From assembly GCF_963921235.1 (NCBI RefSeq), contig NC_086108.1, forward strand, positions 71,612,001-71,676,000: DNA of 64,000 nucleotides, given 5' to 3'. Under the pieces are notes generated by a model. That model was not told where the DNA came from. It made no database searches and saw only the letters and a program-made list of their open reading frames with translations. Positions 48,599-60,040 of this stretch are shown in pieces (position 1 is the stretch's first letter; each line of letters opens with the position of its first letter). This stretch comes from Mobula hypostoma (taxonomy: Eukaryota). Position numbers and translations under genes: made by a program.

Positions 48599-50581
48599 TT
48601 GCGCATAAAACTTCAAAACTCCGGCTTACAAACAGGAACTGAAGCGGGAGGTCACGGTGTCAAGAGTAGTGTCGCGTTGGACGGAGGAAATGGTGAGGTC
48701 CTCCGTGACTGCTTTGAATCGGTGGACTGGTTAGTATTCAAGGACTCGGCAGCTAACCTCGATGAGTATGCCTCAGCTGTCACGGACTTTATTTGGAAAT
48801 GCACAGAGGACTATGTGTCTTGCAAGACGATCTGGGTATTCCCTAACTGGAAACCTTGGATGAGTTATGAGGTCAAGTCCCTTTTAAAGGCTAGAGCTGC
48901 GGCTTTTAGGTCCAGGGATACCAGTCGCTACACGGAATCCAGGTGTGAACTCCGGAAAGCCATTAAGGGCGCCAAGAGGCAATATCGAGCCAAGTTGGAA
49001 GCCCAGGCTAACCAAAGGGATGCCAGTAGACTATGGCAGGGTCTAAATGAGATCACTGGGCGCAAAGAAAAGGCTGGGAATATCAATAACTGTGGCGCTT
49101 CTCTTCCTGACGAACTTAGCGTATCCTATACAAGATTCGAACAGAAGAGGAGCGTCCCACTCCCTCCGGATGAACCGGACATGGTGGCGTTGAGATTCAT
49201 TGTCACCAAGGAGGACGTTAGAAGGGCCTTCCTGAAGATAAATCCAAGGAAGGTGACGAGCCCGGATGACGTCCCAGGACGGGTTCTCCGGGCCTGTGCA
49301 AGCGAGCTAGCCGGAGTGTTTGCTGACATCTTCAACTGCTCCTTGCTTCAGTCTAAGATCCCCTCGTGTTTTAAGAAGGCAACGACAATCCCAGTGCCGA
49401 AGAAGAGCAAAATGGCATGCCTGAATGACTATCGACCTGTGGCTCTGACATCAATTGCTATGAAGTGCTTCAAGAGATTGGTTATGGCACACATCAACAA
49501 CAGCCTACCAGTCAACCTCGATGCTTTGCAATTCGCCTACCGGAGCAACAGGTCAACGGCAGATGCCATCTCTCTGGCCCTATGTTCCTCCTTAGAACAC
49601 CTGGAGAATAAAGATGCATACGTAAGGCTCCTTTTCATTGACTACAGCTCTGCCTTTAATACCATTGTTCCAAATAAACTGATTCCTAAGCTCCAGAACT
49701 TGGGCCTTAGCACTCAGATCTGCAGCTGGATCTTCAACTTCCTCACAGACAGGACCCAGGCTGTAAAAATAGGGGACAAGCTCTCCTCTACAATCACTCT
49801 GAGCACCGGTGCCCCACAAGGCTGTGTACTCAGCCCCCTGCTGTACTCACTGTACACCCATGATTGTGTACCCAAGTTTCCATCAAACTCAATATATAAG
49901 TTTGCTGATGACACAACAATTGTAGGCCGTATCTCGGGTAATGATGAGTTTGAGTACAGAGAGGAAATTAAGAACCAGGTGGCATGGTGCAAAGACAATA
50001 ACCTATCCCTTAACGTCAGCAGGACGAAGGAATTAGTTGTTGACTTCAGAAGGAGTAGCGGACCACATGACCCAATTTACATCGGTGGTGCACAAGTGGA
50101 ACAGGTCAAAAGCTTTAAGTTCCTCAGGGTCACTATCACAAATGACCTGACTTGGTCCAACCAAGCAGAGTTCAATGCCAAGAAGGCCCACCAGCGCCTT
50201 CACTTCCTGAGAAAGCTAAAGAAATTTGGCCTGTCCCCTAAAACCCTCACTAATCTTTATAGATGCACCCTAGAAAGCATTCTTCTAGGGTGCATCACAA
50301 TCTGGTATGGAAGTTGTCCTGTCCAAGACCAAAAGAAGCTGCAGAAGATCGTGAACACAGCTCAGCACATCACACAAACCAATCTTCCATCCGTGGACTC
50401 ACTTTACACCGCACGCTGTCGGAGCAGTGCTGCCAGGATAATCAAGGACACGACCCACCCAGCCAACAGACCTTTCGTCCCTCTTCCTTCCGGGAGAAGG
50501 TTCAGCAGCTTGAAGACTCGTACGGCCAGATTTGGGAACAGCTTCTTTCCAACTGTGATAAGACTGCTGAACGGATCCTGA
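48599..50581 (+). CDS. Reverse transcriptase ORF of the Rex1/Babar-like LINE (660 codons open; true start and endonuclease missing)
   Basis: [42 protein letters not shown]; the first ~25 codons are not in the element's frame. Confidence 0.8.
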   Translation: MRIKLQNSGLQTGTEAGGHGVKSSVALDGGNGEVLRDCFESVDWLVFKDSAANLDEYASAVTDFIWKCTEDYVSCKTIWVFPNWKPWMSYEVKSLLKARAAAFRSRDTSRYTESRCELRKAIKGAKRQYRAKLEAQANQRDASRLWQGLNEITGRKEKAGNINNCGASLPDELSVSYTRFEQKRSVPLPPDEPDMVALRFIVTKEDVRRAFLKINPRKVTSPDDVPGRVLRACASELAGVFADIFNCSLLQSKIPSCFKKATTIPVPKKSKMACLNDYRPVALTSIAMKCFKRLVMAHINNSLPVNLDALQFAYRSNRSTADAISLALCSSLEHLENKDAYVRLLFIDYSSAFNTIVPNKLIPKLQNLGLSTQICSWIFNFLTDRTQAVKIGDKLSSTITLSTGAPQGCVLSPLLYSLYTHDCVPKFPSNSIYKFADDTTIVGRISGNDEFEYREEIKNQVAWCKDNNLSLNVSRTKELVVDFRRSSGPHDPIYIGGAQVEQVKSFKFLRVTITNDLTWSNQAEFNAKKAHQRLHFLRKLKKFGLSPKTLTNLYRCTLESILLGCITIWYGSCPVQDQKKLQKIVNTAQHITQTNLPSVDSLYTARCRSSAARIIKDTTHPANRPFVPLPSGRRFSSLKTRTARFGNSFFPTVIRLLNGS

Positions 50582-50848
50582 CCCGGATCTGGGCCGTATC
50601 CTCCAAATATCTGGACCTGTCCCTCGGTTTTTTTGCACTACCTTACTTCCCATTTTTCTATTTTCTATTTATGATTAATAATTTACATTTTTAATATTTT
50701 CTAATTTTAAATATTTTTAATATCTTTAATATTTAATATTTGTAACCCAGGGGGTGTGAAGTGCAGAATCAAATATTGCTGTGATGATTGTACATTCTAG
50801 TACCAATTGTTTGGTGACAATAAAGTATAAAGTGTAAGTATAAAGTAT
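48618..50848 (+). mobile_element. Young Rex1/Babar-like LINE, 5'-truncated
   Basis: Long open RT frame, then an AT-rich 3' UTR, AATAAA and (AAGTATA)n tail. Confidence 0.93.
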
Positions 50849-53180
50849 AGTCTGACCACTGTCTTATAAAGCCTCAGCATTGGTTCCTTTCTTTTGTTCT
50901 CCAGTCCTCTCCAAATGAATGCTAACATCGCATTTGCCTTCCTTACCACTAACTCAACCTGCAACTTAACCTTCATAGAATCCTGCGCAAGGATTCCCAA
51001 GACCCTTTGCATCTGTGATTTCTGAATTCCCTCCCCATTTAGAAAATAGTTGACATCTTTGTTCCTTCTACCAAAGTGTATTACCATATATTTCCATATA
51101 CTGTATTTTTGCCCATTCTCTCAACTTATCCAAATTCTACTGCAGAATTACTGCTTATTCAACATTACATGCTCTTCCAATTATCTTTGTTTCATATACA
51201 AACTTGGCCAAAAAGCCATCAGTTCAATCATCCAAATCATTAACATAATGTGAAAAGTAATGGACCCAACACTGACATTTGGGGACCACCACTAGTCACT
51301 AGCTGTCAACCAGAGAAGGCCTCCTTTATTCCCACCTGACAGTCAGCCAATCTTCTATCCACGCTGGCATCTTTTCTGTAACACCATGGGTTCTTATCTT
51401 GTTAAACAGCCATATGTGAGGCACCTTGTCGTAAACCTTCTGAAAATCCAAGCAGACAACATCAACTTACTCTCCTTTGTCTATCTTGCTTGTCACTTCC
51501 TTAAAGGATTCTAACAGATTGGTCAGGGAGGATCTCCCCTTAATGAAATCATGTTGACTTCAGTTTATTTTATCATGTTCTTCCAAGTATTGTGAAATCT
51601 CATCTGTAATACTGGACTCTTAAGATCTTACTGAAGTCCTTTACCTCTCTCTTTTTGTTTTAAAGAGTGGAGTGATATTTGCAATTTTCCAGTCCTCTGG
51701 AATCGTACTTGACTAGCAATTCTTGAATGATCATTAATGTTCCATAATCTCTTTGGTGGTCTCTTTGAGAACTTGGTGGTATAGTCCATCTGGTTTAGGT
51801 GATTATTCACCTTCAGACCTTGCAGCTTCCCAAGCACCTTCTGTTTAGTAATAGCAGCTCACTCACTTCTGCCCTCTAACACTCTAAAATTTCTGGCATG
51901 TTGCTAGTGTCTTACACAGTGAAGACTGCAAAATACCTATTCATTTTATCAACCATTTCTTTATTTTCCCCATTACTACTTCTCCAATACAATTTTCCGG
52001 TGGTCTGGATGTCCATTCTTGCATGTCTTTTACACCTTGTATCTGAAAAATCTTTTGGTATCCTCTTTTATGTTATTTGCTTTCCTTTATATTTCATGTT
52101 TTCATCCCTTATTGCTGCTTACATTGCCTTCTGTTGGTTTTTAAGAGTTTCCCAATCCTCTAGATTCCCATTATCTTTTGCAATATATGCCCTCTCTTTT
52201 TGGATTTATGCTGTCTTTGACTTTCCTTGTCAGCCATGGTTGCCCCATCCTCTGGAATGCTGCTGCTTCTTTGTGGTGAACTATTCCTGCGGCTTCCAAA
52301 TTGCTACCAGAAACTCCTGCTATTACTACATTATAATCATTCTTGCTGGCATCTCCTTCAATCAATTTTGGCTATCTCCTCTCGTGCCTCTGCCGTGAAC
52401 TTTACTTAACTGTAATACTAACACATCTAATTTTAGTTTCTCCCTCTCAAACTATTGAATTCCCCTATATCTGCCCCTCTTATTTTGATAGGATGTGTGC
52501 CCTTGGATATTTAGCCTCTAGCTGTGATCTTCTTTCAGCCACAGCTCTGTGATGCCCTTAATGTCATACCTGACAATTTCTAACTGCAGTATAATCTCAT
52601 TCACCTTGTTTCATATATTGTGCATTCAAATATAACAACTTAAGTCCTGTATTTGCCACCCTTCTCAAATTTGTCTCCATGTTGCCTGAAGTTAAATTCT
52701 TATCCCTTGATAAACTTAGTCTTTTTTTAACTTTGGAGTCTTCAGTAACTTCTTCCCTTTTTGCTTTATCCATATTTTTCTAATCTATTGAATCCATCCC
52801 TTTATTATTTAGTTTAAAGCTCTGTCCATGGCCCTAGTTATGTGATTTACCAGTTTCCTGGTTTCAGGTGCAGCCCACCCCGTTGGAAGAGCACCCTCCT
52901 TCCCCACTACTGGTGCCAATGTCATACACCCACTTCTCCTACAGCAGTCTTTGAGCACACATTTAACACTAATCTTATTGATCCTGTGCCAATTTGCATG
53001 TAGCTCAGGTAGCAGTGTAGAGATTATTACCTTTTTGGTTGTGCTTTTAAATTTAGTCCCTAATTGCGCAAATTTCCTCAGCAAATCCTCTGCTTGTTCT
53101 GCCTGTGTCATTGGTACTCACATGGACCACAATGACATGATCTTTCTGACCAGCTCCAATTCCCCTGCAGGTCAGCTGTG
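50849..53180 (-). mobile_element. Old CR1 LINE with RT remnants and an ORF1 esterase remnant
   Basis: ORF2 remnants at 50850-52450; SGNH/GDSL-esterase-like ORF1 remnant (VIVVHVSTNDTGR...VIISTLLP) at 52810-53140. May be a mosaic of more than one copy. Confidence 0.7.
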
Positions 53181-53767
53181 ACTGCATCGGCAAATGACCC
53201 GATTCCAGTGACGTGGCAAGTGTAAAGCTGCATTGAGAAATGTGAATTACTTAAAGTCTGTTATCTCAGCACAACTGTGTTTTGCTTCTTGATTTGATAG
53301 CAAAGGAGGGGGGACTGATGATCTATTGTCTGAGCACTGTGTTGCATTGAGCAGCTATGTTGAACTCCCGGCAGGAATCTGCGCTATCTGGGCCTATGTT
53401 AAGTAACTGAAGTTATCCAGCAGAGGGTACTACACACTAATTTAACATGGTCTGTGCAGGAAAGATTAAACTTGTTTTCTTAGTTTGAACTAGGTAATGT
53501 GAACATCATAAAAAGTAAACTTGAAACTTTTAGTATCATTGTCACTGATGGTTGTATTTAGGCTTGTTTTTTCATTTCATTTACATATTCTCACAGATTT
53601 CCTTTATTTCCCAGCTTAATGTTTAATGTATTTGCTCTACACAAGGCAATTCATTTTAAACTTGCCCACTTTTATTATGATTCCTAGAAATTCCTTCTTG
53701 AGCAGTGGAAAAAATCTGGGAAATAACTGCATCCTGCTGATGTATGACTATTGTATGGTTCCCTAGT

Positions 53768-56700
53768 TTGTCCGTGAGCCAGGACCCCAAACTTGGGCCA
53801 CCAGTACTATCTGGGGGGAATAATTCTTGGTGAATTTTGGCAAGGTATACACCCCTAGTGCTAGAAGATATGTGATAGCATTGCAGTGGTGGTAGCTGTG
53901 ACATGTGGTCAACATAAACCTCCAAAGCACCTTCTACTTCCTTATGCAGTAAAAACACTTGACAGGTAACACTGAGCTCATCCAAACACTGAACAGGCTT
54001 GGACATGGGGTGTCTTACTCCCGACTTGAAAAGAATGACACTGCTCTGTGTCTCCAAAAGCTAGCAACAGCCTCCAACCAGAGAGTTGTACTTCCAGCCT
54101 CCATCAAGCCTCATGTCTTCACCAATCTTGCATGGGACAATATCGATAGACTTGAGGAAACTCTCACTGGAAAGGGTACATCACATAGAGTCAATGGCAT
54201 AGTGGTACAGGCCAATGTCTGTGGACCACATCTGCCAAGAGCTGAGGTTCCACACATTGAGAAACTGAAGCAGAGATTGGTCACCATTGAGGACCAGGAA
54301 CTGGAAGTATATGTAGCAGGTGCACGTGTGGGCTCACAGCCTCTCCCAACCAGGGAACACTGTGTCCAGGAAACCAAGGAAGCTGCTCTTCATACTGTGT
54401 GTCTCGCAAGACGATCCGGGTATTCCCTAACTGGAAACCTTGGATGAATTATGAGGTCAAGTCCCTTTTAAAGGCTAGAGCTGTGGCTTTTAGGTCTGGG
54501 AATACCAGTCGCTACACGGAATCCAGGCGTGAACTCCGGAAAGCCATTAAGGGTGCCAAGAGGCAATATCAAGCCAAGTTGGAAGCCCAAGCTAACCAAA
54601 GGGATGCCAGTAGACTATGGCAGGGTCTAAGTGAGATCACTGGGCGTAAAGAAAAGGCTGGGAACATCAATAACTGTGGCGCTTCTCTTCCTGACAAACT
54701 TAACGTATTCTACGCAAGATTTGAACAGAAGAGGAGCTTCCCGCTCCCTCCGGATGAACCGGACCCGGTGGCATTGAGATTCATCGTCACCGAGGAGGAC
54801 GTTAGAAGGGCCTTCCTGAAGATAAATCCAAGGAAGGCGATGGGCCCAGATGACGTCCCAGGACGGGTTCTCCGGGCCTGTGCAAGCGAGCTAGCTGGAG
54901 TGTTTGCTGACATCTTCAACTGCTCCTTGCTTCGGTTTAAGATCCCCTCGTGTTTTAAGAAGGCAACAATAATCCCGGTGCTGAAGAAGAGCAAGGTGGC
55001 ATGCCTGAATGACTATTGACCTGTGGCTCCGACATCAATTGCTATGAAGTGCTTCGAGAGATTGGTTATGGCACACATCAACCACAGCCTACCAGTCAAC
55101 CTCGATGCTTTGCAATTCTCCTACCGGAGTAACATGTCAATGGCAGATGCCATCTCTCTGGCCCTACATTCCTCCTTAGAACACCTGGAGAATAAAGACG
55201 CATACGTAAGGCTCCTTTTCATTGACTACAGCTTTGCCTTTAATACCGTCATTCCAAATAAACTGATTCCTAAGCTCTGGAACCTAGGCTGTAACACTGA
55301 GATCAGCAGCTGGATTTTCAATTTCCTCACAGACAGGACCCAGGCTGTAAAAATAGGGGACAAGCTCTCCTCTACAATCACTCTGAGCACCGGTGCCCCA
55401 CAAGGCTGTGTACTCAGCCCCCTGCTGTACTCACTGTACACCCATGATTGTGTACCCAAGTTTCCATCAAACTCAATATATAAGTTAGCTGATGACACAA
55501 CAATTGTAGGCTGTATCTCGGGTAATGATGAGTTTGAGTACAGAGAGGAAATTAAGAACCAGGTGGCATGGTGCGAAGACAATAACCTATCCCTTAACAT
55601 CAGCAGGACGAAGGAATCAGTTGTTGACTTCAGAAGGAGTAGCGGACCACACGACCCAATTTACATCGGTGGTACGCAAGTGGAACAGGTCAAAAGCTTT
55701 AAGTTCCTCTGGGTCAATATCACAAATGACCTGACTTGGTCCAACCAAGCAGAGTTCAATGCCAAGAAGGCCCACCAGTGCCTTTACTTCCTGAGAAAAC
55801 TAAAGAAATTTGGCCTGTCCCCTAAAACCCTCACTAATTTTTATAGATGCACCCTAGAAAGCATTCTTCTAGGGTGCATCACAACCTGGTATGGAAGTTG
55901 TCCTGTCCAAGACCAAAAGAAGCTGCAGAAGCTCCAACATTCTTCTCAGGATGGGGAAACTCTATGCCATATGTAATGCCTTAGCCATCCTAGGAAAGTG
56001 ATTTTGGGATGCTGGTCTAAAGGACGTATGCATAGAGGCTGGAATTGTCGCAGAGGGGTCCATCAATGGAGTTCTTGATGGTAAACACTACATTCGTGCT
56101 GTCAGGGTCCACAAGTACATCTATGAAGCACTGATGAGACTTGCATAGGCAGAGTTCACACCGGGGTTGAGGACAACATTCCAGAGAGGAGTGGGATGAT
56201 CAAATCATTCTTAGACCATGTGAATGACATGGCCAGTGACTTGAACCAACAGAACTTGAACAATCTGCTGCAAAGTCCACTCTTAGCTGAGCTGATAACC
56301 CTGTGGAGAGACTTTCTGGAACACCTCGGTCACAACAATGGAGAGCTATCCGCATTCTGGATATCATACATTGGCATGGTAGAGAACGTAGTACTTGAAC
56401 TTCTGCGCGCCTCTCATGAGGGGGACAGCGAACCAACTACCAGGCTGGTATATGGAGAAAATGTTTGGAGAAGGACCCACAAGTGCCTGATCCCGTCCTG
56501 GATCTACTAGTCTGTAACTGTCCAGAAAAATATTCACTCCCAAGATGTATGTGTGTTGCAGATAGCCTCAGGTGTACTGACATGTGTAGACTGGCAGACT
56601 GTGAGAACCAGGCATCCACCTCAGAGAGTGTGGAAAGTTCAGATGAAGATGTGGAAGACTTGGAAAATTATTATGATTATTAATAGGTTATAAAAGTATG

Positions 56701-57470
56701 GAAAACAAAGTATGGAAAGCAGTCTTTGATTAAGTATATTCATTTTACAACCAAATGGGGCCTAGGTTATGGCCGTGTGGAACCCCACATTTGAATTATT
56801 GTACTGTAATTCTGTATGCTGTGACAAAAGCTTAAGATTGTTTTGATTTGATACAACAATATGGAAGATATCATGACATTGGTAAAACTCTAGAAATCTC
56901 TCCAAATGAGGTTTTTTACCTTTTGTGGGGTGGGGTAACATTTTCTGCTGTACTGATGTTAATATGGAATATATACAAAAAGTGATTACTTGACTTCCAG
57001 AATAAATTCTCCACAAATCCATGTGATTATATGTGTGTAGGGTTTTTTATTGACTTTTCCAAAATAAACAGACAAATATTTTTCTAAAAATGAAATGATT
57101 CACTCTACTGAAATTGGGCACTGTACTGTGAGTGCCACCAATGACACAGTTTTCAATGTAGAATTTTATAACAACATTTGATGAAAAGTGCTTGAACTCA
57201 GCTATCATTGTGACAAATTTCAGTGTTGAGGGATCACTGATGACAAAATACCACGAGGTTGAATATATATGTTGTACTTTATATTGGCCACTTTTCAGAA
57301 ATGCTCATTTTAGGATAGTGTTATAAAATGCATGATAGCATACATAAAGCTACCACTGGTGCAATGCTATCACATATTTTCTAACTCTAGAGATGCATAC
57401 CTTGCCAAAAATCACTATGAGCATTATTCCCCTCAAGTAGTACCAACCAACCCTACTGGCTCATGGACTA
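53768..57470 (+). mobile_element. Academ-like DNA transposon, internally deleted
   Basis: About 130 bp imperfect TIRs (TTGTCCGTGAGCCAG... / ...CTGGCTCATGGACTA), 3 bp TSD AGT (53765-67, 57471-73), transposase remnants (LNRLGHGVSYS, AWDNIDRLEETLTGKGTSH, DAGLKDVCIEAGIVAEGSINGVLDGKHY..AVRVHKYIYEALMRL) and a C-terminal Cys-rich finger (CNC...CMC...LRCTDMC...C). Confidence 0.75.
54394..55931 (+). mobile_element. Internal Rex1/Babar-like RT segment, copy of 48810-50347, inside the Academ element
   Basis: Same length (1538 bp) and colinear with the upstream copy; no 3' tail; premature TGA at 55017-55019. Confidence 0.92.
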
Positions 57471-58837
57471 AGTATGATAAAATAGACTTTTGACCTCATA
57501 CCTCAAAATCATACCTTGTTATGATTTTGCATCTTATTGTTTACTTCCACATTCTCTGTAAGTGTTACGCTTTATTCTGCATTCTGTTCCTGTTTACCTT
57601 GTACTGCTTCAATGGTCTATGTAATGGATTGATCTGTATGAGCAGTATACAAGACAAACTCGGTAAACAAATTCCAATATAATAATGCAATTTTAGAAAG
57701 TTATTGCGTAAACAGTAATGTTTAAATCAAAGTAAAATTTATTGGAGGAGAGAGTGGAAGAGAAACTTTCCTTGTTCAGACATGCCCAAGTTTGCTTGAA
57801 GGGTGATACATCAAATCTGGTTTGTAAGAGGATTACTTGGCCTAGATTCGATAATGGGTTTGAAATGTGCAAAATACGTCTAGTTTCAGATTTTCTAAAT
57901 GTATTCCGTTTACTGACTTGATTTCCTATTGTCTTGTCGTGCCAGGGATGGAAAGATATGAATAGTGCACAGTATGAACCATGTCATTTAAAAAATCTTT
58001 TTCTGCATTCCCAAATTCAAAACAAAATACTCATCCAATGTTGGGATTACTTTTTACCTTTGTCACAGGAAAGGGAAACTTTTATAAGGTAGAAGTGGGG
58101 AAGGAGAAACTGATATTTCAGTAGATATTGTTTAAAGTCCTATTTGGCTATTTTCCTGCAAAATGAGGTTCATGATGGATTAGAAAAGCAGTAGAAAATC
58201 TTCTCCATCCGAGATACTTGGTGTTGTTTGATGTAACGTCTAGCTTTTTTGAGCTCTTTTGCAGATTGATCTTGTTTTAATTAAAGTTTAAGCAACGAAA
58301 GTCACAATAATCTGTCAATGGGGCAGACTTGCATTTTCTCCTTCTTCCCTTAGAAGTTTGTACTAAGTGTAACATTTTAAGTTTTGCTACCTTTTAAATA
58401 TTTTGTTACGTTTACAGTCACTTATTTCCCAATATTTTTTTTAAGGTAGGTTATTAAGTGAGACTTCCTCAAATATACACACATGTTACTATAGAAAACA
58501 GTGAAATGTCAGTATTCCTCATGCTGAGGTTAATTGCAATAAACTGGATCACTTTGGATGGGCAGAACTAGAGAATTTGAATCTCTTCACTGTCCTTATA
58601 AAGGATTGTTGACCTAAAATATATTAACTCTGACTTTCTTTCCACAGTTGCTGAAAGACCTGTTGAAATCTCCTGTGTTTTTTGTGATTTTTTTTTTGCC
58701 ATAAATTTCTATCGGGATGAGTCAATGCGATTACAGCAATATAAAATGATGTTAATAAGTATTTTGGTTTTTCCTTTCTTTAAACATACTACACTGGGGG
58801 GAAATTGGCTATTATTTTCTTTTTTCTTGCTACTTAG

Positions 58838-58955
58838 GATGAAGGATCCTTCCACCTGAAAGACGCAGCCAGAAACCTGCTGAAAGGCCTAGGCAGTCAA
58901 ATTGCCTCCTCACTCAGTTGGCGTGACATGTGGACTTTCGTTGTAAAGAAAGGAG
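58838..58955 (+). CDS. POMGNT1: POMGNT1 coding exon 6
   Basis: acttag|DEGSFHLKDAARNLLKGLGSQIASSLSWRDMWTFVVKKG+G|gtaaag; 118 nt, phase 0 to 1. Confidence 0.95.
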
Positions 58956-59258
58956 GTAAAGTTTATGCATATTTACATGTTCATACAGTGCTTTCATTAT
59001 TTTACCTGAAAAATGAAACATACCAAAAGTAATAACGTGGAGAAGTGAACAATTTTTTGTTGAGGTAGTAAGAATTTGTTATACCACTGCCCTGCACTCA
59101 GCATTGCAAAAGATTTCCACTTTGAATCCCGTCGTCTTCAATGGCTTATTAGTTAGAGGGATGTGGGGATTTGCATGTTCTTGCAGTTAATACGTGCCAA
59201 ATAGGTGGATGTCAAACTGATTTATTTGGAAACTCACAATGTTCAATTCTACTTTCAG

Positions 59259-59357
59259 GTCAGGTATATGGTGAAAAACATTCAAAATCTCCTGCATTGG
59301 CCACTTGGGGTGATCCTGTTTTATTGAAGACCGAAGTTCAGTTAACTTCGACTGAAG
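59259..59357 (+). CDS. POMGNT1: POMGNT1 coding exon 7
   Basis: tttcag|(G)[32 protein letters not shown]+G|gtgaat; 99 nt, phase 1 to 1. Confidence 0.95.
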
Positions 59358-59847
59358 GTGAATATTTAACATTTGTCCTTTTTAAGATGTGGGTCAGTTT
59401 ATTCTGAGCATTGCAGTACATTATGAGCAGTATTCAGCCTTTACTCTCTCATTAAGCACCATGCTTTATGCAATTTTAAGTAACTGGTGAAGCTGCATGG
59501 ATGCCTTTAATTTTTTTTGAAAAATTAAAAAAATTGAGAAGCAAACTGATCAGTCACGTGCCATCGTAGTCAATGTTTAAGCTACAACGAGCTCAATCTT
59601 GCCTTACCGCCCTGTTCCCAGCAGAGAATACCTGCCTGAAGATCCTTCACTTGCAATTTGTATTCTACAGCTGTATCTCTACGAAATTACCTGTAGTTAG
59701 TTTGAAGTATGTGAATGGAACAGAACATTTGAAGCTGTAATTAGTAGATTTTGATGGAAATAAATGACAAATATTCCAAACCAATTCCTTTGGTGTGACA
59801 AGTCACAAAAGTCAAGTGTCTGCTAAAGGTTTGCATTCCTTCTGAAG

Positions 59848-59975
59848 ATGCTGAGTGCCATTGGGCAGACACGGATGCCAATCGCAGGAGGAAGACTTTC
59901 TGCAGCAAAGTGGAAGGATATGGGAGCATCTGCAGCTGTAAGGACCCAGCACCTATTGAATTTAATCCTGAGCCT
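59848..59975 (+). CDS. POMGNT1: POMGNT1 coding exon 8 (Cys-rich linker before the catalytic domain); gene continues beyond the window
   Basis: ctgaag|(D)[42 protein letters not shown]|gtaagt; 128 nt, phase 1 to 0. Confidence 0.94.
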
Positions 59976-60040
59976 GTAAGTTTTTTTTTATCCCCCTTTT
60001 ATCAATTGTTTTCAAGTAGCTGCTATATTATAATAGACCA

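Noticed and set aside
48810..55931. LTR pair or assembly duplication formed by the two 1.5 kb direct repeats
   Set aside because: The repeats are RT-coding LINE segments without TG...CA ends or PBS, and differ by many substitutions, so they are not a collapsed or duplicated contig.
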